The position numbers and the translations under genes were made by a program. From Vicinamibacteria bacterium (GTDB taxonomy: Bacteria; Acidobacteriota; Vicinamibacteria; Vicinamibacterales; JAENWD01): 64,000 bases of DNA. Location: positions 4,790 through 68,789 of the forward strand of contig CAWDCH010000019.1 of NCBI GenBank assembly GCA_963800785.1. Reading direction: 5' to 3'. The notes beneath the pieces were generated by a model. That model was not told the DNA's origin, made no database searches, and saw only the letters and a list, made by a program, of their open reading frames with translations. This document shows, one piece after another, positions 45,713 through 54,724 of this stretch. Positions within the stretch are counted from its first letter, which is position 1. The number at the start of each line of letters is the position of its first letter.

Positions 45713-45907
45713 ATGCCGTCCGATGCAACCCTCAATGCAAAGGCTGGCGAGTCTCAGCCCGCCTATCCCCCATGTCCGTCGTGTGGGCGCGAGGGCCACA
45801 CGAAGCCGCTCGTTATCGCCGACCTCTCCCCAGGCGTCCAGTATTACCGCTGTGAACGCTGCGGGTTTGTCTGGGCGACACGCGAGGATCGCGAAGTCGC
45901 GGTGTAG
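45713..45907 (+). CDS. small Zn-ribbon protein, family member 5
   Basis: ...YPPCPSCGREGHTKPLVIADLSPGVQYYRCERCGFVWATRED (CPxC...CxxCGxxW). Confidence 0.5.
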   Translation: MPSDATLNAKAGESQPAYPPCPSCGREGHTKPLVIADLSPGVQYYRCERCGFVWATREDREVAV

Positions 45908-46067
45908 CGCGCTGCGGTTTAACGGGACAACGCTTCCGCCTCTCAGGCGGGGTTTCGATGGGAAAAGATCAGGAGCAGGTCTTTGTCGTCATCGCGCGAC
46001 ACCCACACGACCATGCGCATCACACGCCCAGTAACTGCGTCCGCCCGAGACCCGGTCGAGGATGCCC

Positions 46068-46397
46068 TCAAATCTGTGGGGTGGCCGACAGTCTGCCGTC
46101 CGGGTCAACCCGCGCCAGCCCAGTCGCCTCGAAGACCGTGGGCCGAGCGTTTGGTGCGAGCGTTGCGCGCCAGCGAGTATGGCGAGGCAGAAGCGGAAGG
46201 CGTTCGGCCGATAGGCCAACCCGTCGCAAGAGGCGCTTGGCGGCTTCGGTTCTGACGCCAACGATGGTCCACTCTGCCTCGGCCATCATTGCCGCCAAGT
46301 CATAGGACGCGGACGGCCGCAGCAGTCGCAAGCCGTGGGGTGTTTGACGTAAGTGGAACTCCTGAGTCGAGCCGTCCGGCATTCGTATAACAACCAT
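46068..46397 (-). CDS. hypothetical protein
   Basis: MVVIRMPDGSTQEFHLRQTPHGLRLLRPSASYDLAAMMAEAEWTIVGV... No motif recognised. Confidence 0.35.
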   Translation of the reverse strand: MVVIRMPDGSTQEFHLRQTPHGLRLLRPSASYDLAAMMAEAEWTIVGVRTEAAKRLLRRVGLSAERLPLLPRHTRWRATLAPNARPTVFEATGLARVDPDGRLSATPQI

Positions 46398-46697
46398 GCG
46401 ATCCTCCGCGCGCAAAAGACGCGCCGAACTGGCCTATCGGCTCTATCGCCTGGTTTCTTAACGTCATTGCTGGATGTTTTCCTAACGCCAGAATAGCAAC
46501 TGGTGGGTGGCAGCAATTCAGGTCGATCCACCCGGGAGATTATCGCTTCTGGTGGGTTTATTAGTGGTGTGATGTACGACGTGTTCTGGAGACCGTCCCC
46601 CGGATCACCGGCCTGCAACTCCAACGATCTTGCGAGACACATGACGAACGCGCAGTGTGGGACCAACTTCCCGCAAGTGCGGTACTAGGAGGCCGTG

Positions 46698-46874
46698 ATG
46701 ACCAATGGATGGCTCAGACCAGTCCTCACAGGTCTGCTCATCGCGATTGTGGTATCCGTGCTGAACAGGTGGCACTGGCATCCGGCTGCCGTCTTTCTGT
46801 TCGTCACGGCGGCCGTGATCGTGGTGCAGTACGTGCTGGAACGAGTGGCAAAAGGTATTACCGATGAAAAGTAA
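46698..46874 (+). CDS. small two-TM membrane protein (58 aa)
   Basis: AGGAGG RBS, then ATG 46698: MTNGWLRPVLTGLLIAIVVSVLNRWHWHPAAVFLFVTAAVIVVQYVLERVAKGITDEK. Confidence 0.45.
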   Translation: MTNGWLRPVLTGLLIAIVVSVLNRWHWHPAAVFLFVTAAVIVVQYVLERVAKGITDEK

Positions 46875-47554
46875 GACGGATGAGACGACGCGACGCGACG
46901 ACTTCTGGATGGCGGTCGTAACAGGCCTCGGGATGATCTGCGCCTCAACATCGTCCAGCAGCTAACCGGCTGGCGCGTGGTCTGGATGTTCGTGGGCCTT
47001 CTCGTCCCCGGCGTCCTGACGTGGCGTGCCCTGACGGACGGACTGCCGACACAGTGGTGGTTCTATGTCCTCACCATGGCATTTGCCGTCGCGCTTTACA
47101 TGTTCGCACCGTAAAAACGAGAGGCGGCGGTTTCCGCCCCACTTTCACAGCAATATACGCCTTTGACCAGTCGCGAGCCGACTCACTCCCGCAGCACCTG
47201 AGTAACAGGGAAGCCCCGAACAGCCATGCCATCACCAATCGTCCGCTCGAAACTGCGCCTCCTTGATCAGGATGCTGCCGCCGCCCGGACGTGGCTTCCA
47301 CCATCCATGCAGCATCGACACGAGCCGTCCATTGCTGCAGAACTCAACTTTCGTCTTGAGCATGCCTCCACGCTCAGATGAGATGACTCGAAGGACGAGA
47401 CAGCGTTCGACAGGGCCATCTCGACGTCGGTGCACGCCCCACTCGACCGACACGCCCGCCGGACAGTCGGTCGAGGGACCGGTACGAACCACCGTGATCT
47501 GCGCCAGCGCCTGACGCGGATCTGGCAGGGACGCAGCGCTGACTGACACGATTG

Positions 47555-48533
47555 TGGAGTTCCCAGGATTTTGTGGACAGTAGCTAGCATCCCGGTCACG
47601 GGGGGCCAAGCCGATGTCCACGCGCATGAGTGGCGGGTGTGTCCGCGCGACGTACGAGTTCATCAAGGCGCATCGAGCTACGTTCAGCGTGCAGACGCTC
47701 TGTCGCGTGCTCGACGTGGCTCCGAGCGGCTACTATGCGTGGCTGAAGCAGCCACTCTCGAACCGCGCCAAAGAAGACGCCCGGCTGCTGCGGCTGATTC
47801 GCGCGTCGTTCATCGCCAGCCAGGGCATCTACGGTGCGCCGCGGGTATTCCTGGACTTGCGTGAGGCTGGCGAGACCTGCAGCAAGCACCGGGTCGCGCG
47901 CCTCATGCGGGAGAACCGGTTGCGCGCCCTCCACGGGTATCGCACGCGGCGCTGGTCAATCGGTACGCCCGCCGTCCTGATTCCGAATCTACTGCAGCGG
48001 CAGTTCACGGCGACACGGCCCAACAAGGCTTGGGTGACGGACATCACCTACATTCGGACGTGGCAAGGCTGGGTCTACCTGGCGGTAGTGATGGATCTGT
48101 TCTCGCGAAAGATCGTCGGCTGGTCTGCGGGGCCGACCATTCACCGCGAGCTCGTGCTCGACGCTGTGCTGATGGCCGTGCGCCGACGCCGGCCGCGTGA
48201 CACGCTGATTCACTCCGATCAGGGCACCCAGTATGGCTCCGATGCGTGGCGGCGCTTCTGCCGCTCTCATCGACTTGAGCCGAGCATGAGCCGGAAGGGC
48301 AACTGCTGGGACAACGCCGTAGCCGAGTCCTTCTTCGGCAGCTTAAAGAAGGAGCGGATCAAGAAACAGATCTACAAAACCCGAGCGCTGGCATTGACCG
48401 ACGTGGCCGATTATATCGACGCGTTCTACAATCGCTCGCGCCGCCATAGTCATCTGGGCGGTATGAGTCCTGAGCAGTTTGAAGCGGCTCACAAGCCGCG
48501 CAGGTAGGTCTCCACTAAAGCCTGGGAACTCCA
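47555..48533 (+). mobile_element. IS3-family element lacking orfA (979 bp), copy 2
   Basis: Same termini as copy 1. Flanked by ATTG/ATTG direct repeats at 47551-47554 and 48534-48537. Confidence 0.85.
47614..48507 (+). CDS. IS3-family transposase OrfB (DDE integrase-core domain)
   Basis: The 297-aa translation is identical to 4335..5228. Confidence 0.9.
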   Translation: MSTRMSGGCVRATYEFIKAHRATFSVQTLCRVLDVAPSGYYAWLKQPLSNRAKEDARLLRLIRASFIASQGIYGAPRVFLDLREAGETCSKHRVARLMRENRLRALHGYRTRRWSIGTPAVLIPNLLQRQFTATRPNKAWVTDITYIRTWQGWVYLAVVMDLFSRKIVGWSAGPTIHRELVLDAVLMAVRRRRPRDTLIHSDQGTQYGSDAWRRFCRSHRLEPSMSRKGNCWDNAVAESFFGSLKKERIKKQIYKTRALALTDVADYIDAFYNRSRRHSHLGGMSPEQFEAAHKPRR

Positions 48534-48992
48534 ATTGGGACAGCAAGGGCCGCAAATAGCTGGCGGCGGTCGATGAGAGAGTCGAACCGATCGGCCATGG
48601 TGTCCTCCTGGCTCGTGAGCCCATGTTGAGGACACCCAGAGCTACTGACCGGGGTCAGCGGGACGCTTCGTTGTCCGCCACCCGACGGACCACATCTCGC
48701 TTGGCGCGATGGCACCTTGCGCGTCCGCGCAGGTTGCCGAGCCCATCGCCTCGTTGGGATGGACTGCTCTGGATGTCGCGGTCAGTGTACCACGCGGTTT
48801 AGGACTGACTGGCCTGCCGCCAGCCCCGTTTCCGCAGGTACGCCTGTTGGTGGTCTTCGTTGTCAAACTCCGTGTACTCCCGCCGGGAGACCGGCAGGCT
48901 CGCTTCTTGAACCCTGTTTACCTATGGGTCACAAAACACATGATTGCGGGACGAAAGCGGCGCAGGCCAAAACGAGCGGATTCCCGAGGAAA

Positions 48993-49190
48993 TCAGGAGG
49001 CGAGTTCAGCAGGTTTCTGGGACACCCTGGCCCGATGCACGACAGATCGCGAGACGCCGAGCGTAGCGGCCGCTTCACGCACCGACATGTGGGCCGTCCG
49101 CATGATGTCGGGCAGCGCGAGATTAGCCGCTGGACGGCCCAGGCTTGCAAGAGGTGCGAACTCTCGCGAGCCCAGCCCGTACCGCTCCGG
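48993..49190 (-). pseudogene. serine-recombinase C-terminal HTH remnant
   Basis: ...LGRPAANLALPDIMRTAHMSVREAAATLGVSRSVVHRAR resembles the GRP...HTH tail of resolvases. No catalytic domain lies upstream. Confidence 0.35.
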
Positions 49191-49234
49191 GATTCGCGCC
49201 ACGGTCGTCGAACGTCTCACGTCCGGTCCGTGTC

Positions 49235-50194
49235 ATGATGCATCCGCCCTCCAACGGAGGTATCGTGATTGACACCTCTGACTCACTTGCCCGCCTCGTC
49301 TCTGTCGTGCTGCCCCCCGCCGCTAGCGAGGAGGACGTCAAGATCCGAATCGTAATGCCCTTCCTCAGAGCATTCGGGTATACCGACGACGAATTTGGCT
49401 ACGAGGGTCGAACCGGAAAAGGCTATGTAGATATTACCACCTCTACTCTTCCAGTCGGCATCGTGGTCGAAACGAAGGGGCCCAAAAAACGGGTATCCGA
49501 TCATATCGACCAACTCGAGTCCTACGTCTTCCAGAAGCATACCCGCGATCGAGCAACCGTCGCTATCCTCACGAATGGCGACGTGTTCTATGTGTTCGGC
49601 GTTGCCGAGGCTTGGATTCGCGGTGACCTACACCTGCATCGACTGGAGTGCTTTCGACGTTCGGAACTCGCGGACGCGGCACTACTGACTCGGTTAGGTG
49701 GCCTACTGAGCAAAGAGCGAAACCGATCCGGTCTTCTCTTTGATGCGATCACTGCCCGCCTGAAGGAGGTTCGCGAAATGCGTGAGCGAGTAAGGGCCAT
49801 CGACGCGGAGCTGGAGACACTCATCGCCCAGCGCCTGCGCATCGACGTCCAGATTCGTGACTTGCAGTCCGAGCGGGCATCGCTGGTTGGCGCTGCGGTG
49901 GCTCCGACCGCGCCCTCTCTACCTACCTTCACAGATGAGCTGCCCGGCGGGACATCCATTGACAAGCTGACAAGGATCGCCTCACCTCACATTATTCGGC
50001 TACTTCATGAAAAGGGTGCCACCTCCAGAGAACGCGCGGTTCAACGCACTTGGCTCGACCAGACTCTCATTGGCAAGGTTCAAGGCATCGACACCCAACA
50101 GGAGGTCAGCTGGGGCATCATCGAGCTTAAGAAGGTAGGGAGAATCGATTACGACAAGAAGAGCGGTCGCGTCCGTTCAGTCTGGCTCAAATAA
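49235..50194 (+). CDS. HSDR_N-like PD-(D/E)xK nuclease domain + coiled coil + C-terminal winged-helix-like region
   Basis: EEDVKIRIVMPFLRAFGYTDDEFGYEGRTGKGYVDITT...GIVVETKGPKKRVSDHIDQLESYV...AILTNGDVFYVF follows the type I HsdR N-terminal nuclease pattern (E..vk....lL..LGy...E...g..D..l...i.vE.K...Ql..Y...a.ltnG). A helical segment follows: RLKEVREMRERVRAIDAELETLIAQRLRIDVQIRDLQ. Confidence 0.6.
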   Translation: MMHPPSNGGIVIDTSDSLARLVSVVLPPAASEEDVKIRIVMPFLRAFGYTDDEFGYEGRTGKGYVDITTSTLPVGIVVETKGPKKRVSDHIDQLESYVFQKHTRDRATVAILTNGDVFYVFGVAEAWIRGDLHLHRLECFRRSELADAALLTRLGGLLSKERNRSGLLFDAITARLKEVREMRERVRAIDAELETLIAQRLRIDVQIRDLQSERASLVGAAVAPTAPSLPTFTDELPGGTSIDKLTRIASPHIIRLLHEKGATSRERAVQRTWLDQTLIGKVQGIDTQQEVSWGIIELKKVGRIDYDKKSGRVRSVWLK

Positions 50195-50201
50195 ATGGGA
50201 G

Positions 50202-50412
50202 TGTGACGTTGCCCCACAAAACGGGGGCAGTCCACACTAGAGAATCCTGACGCGTGCGGGGTCCTCGATGAGAGGATGAGGACCAATGACGAAATCGAAG
50301 TTCACCGAGGAGCAGATCGGCTAACCTGTCTGAGGCGCTGCTAAACGTGCTGCGCTCATCGATACTGTCGCTCGCAAGTATCTGCGAAAAGTTTCTGCTC
50401 CAAGACATTCCT
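50202..50412 (+). mobile_element. IS3-like left end (palindromic IRL) plus orfA 5' relic, copy E
   Basis: TGTGACGTTGCCCCACAAAACGGGGGCAGTCCACACTAGAGAATCC is similar to the IRL region of the 979-bp element. ATG 50286 gives MTKSKFTEEQIG*, followed by the shared ...CTGTCTGAGGCGCTGCTAAACGTGCTGCGCTCATCGATACTGTC...CTGCGAAAAGTTTCTGCTCCAAGA. Confidence 0.65.
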
Positions 50413-51000
50413 CGTTGGCGGCCTACCAGTGAGGGCGGTGTCCCAGCTCCCCAGTCGCTGAGCGCAGACGATAGACTCAGCCGAGTCGGTCAAACCGTTG
50501 TGCTCCGAATTCCGGCTAAGCTGACTGCGCTCCAGAGATAATAACGAACCGCCGGACGTGTGCGGCAGCGCTCGGCCGGGGAGGTCCGACGGCACGACAC
50601 CCTGCAGGTACCCCCGCATCAACTGCTGCCAGTGGTCGGCATCACGCAGGTAATCGTCGAAGTACGTGTCGCCGATGAAGCCGAGGTACAGCAGGCGGAC
50701 GGGCACGCCGACGCTGGCCACCTTGTACGCGGAGGCGAGGCGGTTCGCGAGCTGGTAGTGGCTGTCGGCCGTCAGCGCCGTCGGACCCGCGACCTGTGAG
50801 AACCAGTCCTGCGCCTCGGCGATTGCGGCCCGGATGCGCCCGTCGTTCGCCCATGCCTGAGGACTGTCGGTCTCCGCGCTCAGCGCCCGCTTGCCCTTCC
50901 AGTCCAACCCGGACTCGTGGGCCTTCGCCTCGACCAGCAGCAGTCCGCTAAGTTCTGGGTGTGCCCGTCGGCGTCCGCACCTGCTAGAGTAGCGCCGCAC
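50356..51000 (-). CDS. hypothetical protein with possible PD-(D/E)xK element; N- and C-termini uncertain
   Basis: HPELSGLLLVEAKAHESGLDWKGK (ExK) and SHYQLANRLASAYKVASVGVPVRLLYLGFIGD. The start is only a GTG, 12 nt from the divergent gene. A possible upstream ...GADADGH piece lies in another frame. The 3' end runs into relic E. Confidence 0.4.
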   Translation of the reverse strand: MRRYSSRCGRRRAHPELSGLLLVEAKAHESGLDWKGKRALSAETDSPQAWANDGRIRAAIAEAQDWFSQVAGPTALTADSHYQLANRLASAYKVASVGVPVRLLYLGFIGDTYFDDYLRDADHWQQLMRGYLQGVVPSDLPGRALPHTSGGSLLSLERSQLSRNSEHNGLTDSAESIVCAQRLGSWDTALTGRPPTRNVLEQKLFADTCERQYR

Positions 51001-51011
51001 GGGGTGCCGAA

Positions 51012-51854
51012 ATGCTTGGACTGTTCGAACTCCTCTCGCTGCGACACGTGTCTTGCGACCCCAAACGGACGAAGCTGGTCCGGCACAAGGACCAGCGGTT
51101 CGACCTGCAGTTGTTCAAGCGCCGAGGATGGCTGGAAATCTATCAAGCATTTCAGAGCCGACCCATCTTCCATGGCTGCGACACGATTCTCACGTTCATG
51201 GGCGAGGAAGAGAAGCGCAGCCGACTACTCGGGATGTACAAGGTAGCCGGACACCAGCCCGCCGATGGCGTCTCACTCCCCGCAGGGTGTCCCTCAGCAG
51301 TGAAGACGGGTGGCTACTTCTACACCCTCGAACGCCTCGCTGGGCTGGAAGACCTTGAAGGTCGCGTCGTGATCGACTGGGGCCGGAACCCAATCGCATG
51401 GCACCAGTGGCTGACAGATCGCGAGCTGATTGAGATCAGCCCGCCGGGCCAATCGCGCGCCCCGTTCCGCGACTATCTGGAGTTCACCCTGACGCACGAG
51501 GAGTTGTGCGATCTGGCGACTCACGCCGCCGCCAACCGTGAATGGCAGGCCCGGCTAGAGGCGGTAGGGGGCGTGTACTTGATTCTGGCCACGACCAACG
51601 GTCAGCAGTATGTGGGGTCGGCGACCGGGGCAGGCGGTGTTTGGGATCGCTGGATGGGATATGCCCGCACGGGTCACGGCGGGAACGCTGCGCTCCGCGC
51701 CCTCCTCGCGAATGACAAGAACTACCCGGCGGCGTTCCAGTACTCGCTCCTGCAGGTATTTTCGAAGACCTTGACCCGGGCCGAGGCTCTCGATCACGAG
51801 CGCCTGTACAAGACAAAGCTGGGGAGCCGGGCACAGGGGCTCCAACTGAACTGA
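51012..51854 (+). CDS. GIY-YIG nuclease family protein with uncharacterised N-terminal domain
   Basis: C-terminal GVYLILATTNGQQYVGSATGAGGVWDRWMGYARTGHGGN...FQYSLLQVFSKTLTRAEALDHERLYKTKLGSR (GIY...YIG...R...E). N-terminal KLVRHKDQRFDLQLFKRRGWLEIYQAFQ. Confidence 0.75.
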   Translation: MLGLFELLSLRHVSCDPKRTKLVRHKDQRFDLQLFKRRGWLEIYQAFQSRPIFHGCDTILTFMGEEEKRSRLLGMYKVAGHQPADGVSLPAGCPSAVKTGGYFYTLERLAGLEDLEGRVVIDWGRNPIAWHQWLTDRELIEISPPGQSRAPFRDYLEFTLTHEELCDLATHAAANREWQARLEAVGGVYLILATTNGQQYVGSATGAGGVWDRWMGYARTGHGGNAALRALLANDKNYPAAFQYSLLQVFSKTLTRAEALDHERLYKTKLGSRAQGLQLN

Positions 51855-51869
51855 CGCTGCACTGGGCAC

Positions 51870-52784
51870 ATGAATCGGTTCTGGCGGGATCTAGCTACAG
51901 AGGACGCGGTCAACGAGGAGATCTGGGCGCGTTCGCCAGACCTGCAGCGGCGCATCCAGCCGCCCGAGGCGCTGCAGCTCGCTGGAGCCGTCGGGGCACA
52001 GCAGGCGATGCTTCCGGGTGATCCTCATGGGGTGCTGCCATGGGTGCCGGACCTGTTCGGGAGGTCGTGGCACGAGCCCGACGCGTTGCTCGTCGTCGCG
52101 TCGGCCTACGCGGGGTTCATAGCGGAATGTTCGACCCGACACCGGTGCCTGCAGATCGCCGACTACCGCCCCGCTCGCACGTGGACGGAGTTCCAGCGGG
52201 TGTTCGTCGCGCGCGATGTAGACGACGACCCGAATTACTACGGCCCGATAGCGCAGCTGGTAGCTACGGTCACGGGGCGGACGGAGTCATCGCATCTAGC
52301 TCTATTCGATCTGTGCCGGGCCAGCTTCGTCCGACGGGGCCAAGGGGGTAACCGGTCCGACGTGAGCGACGACCGCATGGTGCGTAACGCCGCAGACACC
52401 TACAACCGCTACGTGGATGCGGGAGACGGGTGGAGCTGGCGTAATGTCTCTGGCGGTGATGCCGTGCGCGTCGTAGCGCTGGGCACGATTGCGGAGCATG
52501 GGTTGCTGCGCTTGTTCGCCGCGCACGGCTGTGCGGTCCGTCACAGTCGAACAGGCGAGGTGTGGAAACCTATCGCTGCCCGGCACAGTGGGGCGTGGGT
52601 GGCCCGCTATGCCGACTCCCGCTACAGACTGGCGACATGGCTGCAGGAAGGATGCTGGTGGGAGATCTCCAGCTCGGACATAGGCCGGGTCTGGCGAGTG
52701 CTGCCCCTCGCGCACCCGTCGCGGTCGCAACATGACCCAGGGTATGCGCGCGCGTCGAGTGTTCTACAGGCGATTTCAGTGTAA
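51870..52784 (+). CDS. uracil-DNA-glycosylase-fold-like protein with non-canonical motif A
   Basis: DALLVVASAYAGF (in place of GxxPG), ALFDLCRASFVRRG, VRVVALGTIAEHGLLRLF and VLPLAHPSRS (like motif B, HPS). Assignment is by eye only. Confidence 0.4.
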   Translation: MNRFWRDLATEDAVNEEIWARSPDLQRRIQPPEALQLAGAVGAQQAMLPGDPHGVLPWVPDLFGRSWHEPDALLVVASAYAGFIAECSTRHRCLQIADYRPARTWTEFQRVFVARDVDDDPNYYGPIAQLVATVTGRTESSHLALFDLCRASFVRRGQGGNRSDVSDDRMVRNAADTYNRYVDAGDGWSWRNVSGGDAVRVVALGTIAEHGLLRLFAAHGCAVRHSRTGEVWKPIAARHSGAWVARYADSRYRLATWLQEGCWWEISSSDIGRVWRVLPLAHPSRSQHDPGYARASSVLQAISV

Positions 52785-53176
52785 TGGCGTGGATCTGTGC
52801 GCCGTCGCGATTCACGGCTCCCGGCTACTCTATGACTGGCGACACTTGGCCATCTAAACGCAGTGAATCACCGAACCGAACGCGGGTGCGTGCGGAGCGG
52901 CACTCCCTAACGTGTCTGGTCGCGGGATCCACTCTACTCAGTTTTGTCGAGAGGTTGTGCTCAACTGCCGACCTCACGCTTGCGGACGTTGCGGCGCTAG
53001 GCGCAGACTGGGACGCTGACCGACCGCCTCGTGGTTCTGGTAGCTGACTGGGGCGGCGAACTCTAAGAAGACCTTGCGCTCCCATTCGTCCTTTGGAATC
53101 AGCATTCTTTCGATTCCGGCTTGCGATGTTACCGCCCGTTCAGCCCATCGTAGACCTTCTCTGTCGGCAGTGCGAG

Positions 53177-53617
53177 CTACCGCGGCGGAGTTGCCAGCCG
53201 AGAACGAGCCGCGTCCTTGAACAGTTGCTCCAGATATTGATCAAGCCCGGCGACGATAGTGGTGGCGGCAAATTCGACCCGATTTGCGCCGACCCAAAGG
53301 ACTTGATCATGGAGGTAACTGTCTGATGGAAGCAATGTCATCAGCGCGGCCACAGAGATGGCATCACCGGGTGTTGACGAAGCGTCGGCGCAGTGGAGCC
53401 GCACCTTGGCGAAGGTATCTTTCTCCGTATCCGCAACAGTGAGCGTACTTGACTTCCTCACTCGTTCCTTCACCTCGTAGCACAGGTTAGTGCCCACAAG
53501 GCCTCCCCCTGCGCATTCAAAGAAGATTCGCGTGCGTGGATCGACCGTGGTCTGCGAGTTGACATCAACGCCCGGCGTCAGAAGCAGAAGCGACAGGAGC
53601 ACAGAGTAGCTCTTCAT
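53177..53617 (-). CDS. secreted hypothetical protein (lower-GC gene)
   Basis: Signal peptide MKSYSVLLSLLLLTPGV. No domain recognised. Confidence 0.55.
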   Translation of the reverse strand: MKSYSVLLSLLLLTPGVDVNSQTTVDPRTRIFFECAGGGLVGTNLCYEVKERVRKSSTLTVADTEKDTFAKVRLHCADASSTPGDAISVAALMTLLPSDSYLHDQVLWVGANRVEFAATTIVAGLDQYLEQLFKDAARSRLATPPR

Positions 53618-53875
53618 GTATCCCTTCCCTTACACGAGAAGACCGGCTAACGGCCTGCGGCTAAGCCGCGGTGGCCGGATGCCCATTTTGACGATCAGGA
53701 AGCCGAGGCGCTACTCGCCGTCGGCTTCAGCCGCTGGTTGCAAGCTACAACGCGCGCGGCTTCAGTCGCGTTTGAACATCAGACAGAGGCTTGTCCGTCA
53801 GGCGTGACGTTGTCTCGCCGTTTGCTGTGAGGGTTTTCTCGCTGAAGCAACCGCTGGAGGCGCGAGTAGCAAGCA

Positions 53876-54481
53876 TCACATTGCGAACGGAAGCGTTTTC
53901 GCGCCGTAGCTGAACAGCGCCTTGTCCAGCAGGCGCAAGTCCTTCGTCGTGCAGCGCTCAGCGAGCTCCGAGAACCGGGGGCAGTACGACTCCACATACC
54001 ACTGAACCGTATTCGGGGCGTTGGAGCCGGTCATACGTCCGATGGCTCTTCTTACCCGCGTGTCGAAAATGGGGTAGCGCGTGCCGCTGATGAAATACAG
54101 AAGCGTCGTGGAGCGAGACAGCCCGAACCGTTTTGTGCCGCTCGGCGACGATCGGTCCGCATATTGTCTTCCTGACCAACCTCGCAGGAAACCTTCGACA
54201 TTATCAGCACCTGGACACTGAGGGAGTTCCAAAGCGGCCATGTTCCAAATGTCGTAGGCCACAGATGCGACGCCCGACTTCCATCTGGCGTCGGTCCCAG
54301 CAGCGTCTTTCCACCTACCGATCTGCACGAACTCTGCAGCGCCGAGTGGACCACGCTTGGCGATTATGCGGTCATGCTCTGCGTCGTACTTTGCTGTTGG
54401 ATAGCGTTTCGACCATACCACCAACCATTCGTTCGGCGCGACGGCGGTTCCGTCGCGGCCACAAAATCGAAATGACGTCAT
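53876..54481 (-). CDS. OGG-fold (HhH-GPD-like) protein
   Basis: KRFGLSRSTTLLYFISGTRYPIFDTRVRRAIG matches, from memory, the ..GvG.a.aS.iL.f..P..yPi.D.r.. pattern of '8-oxoguanine DNA glycosylase OGG fold' proteins. Confidence 0.5.
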   Translation of the reverse strand: MTSFRFCGRDGTAVAPNEWLVVWSKRYPTAKYDAEHDRIIAKRGPLGAAEFVQIGRWKDAAGTDARWKSGVASVAYDIWNMAALELPQCPGADNVEGFLRGWSGRQYADRSSPSGTKRFGLSRSTTLLYFISGTRYPIFDTRVRRAIGRMTGSNAPNTVQWYVESYCPRFSELAERCTTKDLRLLDKALFSYGAKTLPFAM

Positions 54482-54724
54482 TTTGACCAGGTCCTTGACG
54501 CCCTATGCGCCCGATTCCCGCGCGGCCCTGCAAAGCGCAACGCGGACCAATCATGGGGTGGTGCTGCTATCTTCCGCAAGCCTGTCAGCGCGGCAAATGC
54601 GACGCACTCACGAGGAACGTCATGACGTCTCCGTGCATCTGCACTCGCGCGTCCGACTCCCGTAGAACTGCACGCCCTTCCCACGCGTTCGGCTGGGTGC
54701 TCCGTCCCACGCCAGCGCGTACCT

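Larger units (their letters stand above)
47232..48598 (-). pseudogene. Tat-signal small protein gene interrupted by the IS3-family element
   Basis: AGGAGG RBS and ATG 48598: MADRFDSLIDRRQLFAALAVP|IS|IVSVSAASLPDPRQALAQITVV...*(47232). Removing 47555..48533 plus one ATTG restores a single frame of about 128 codons. Confidence 0.6.
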
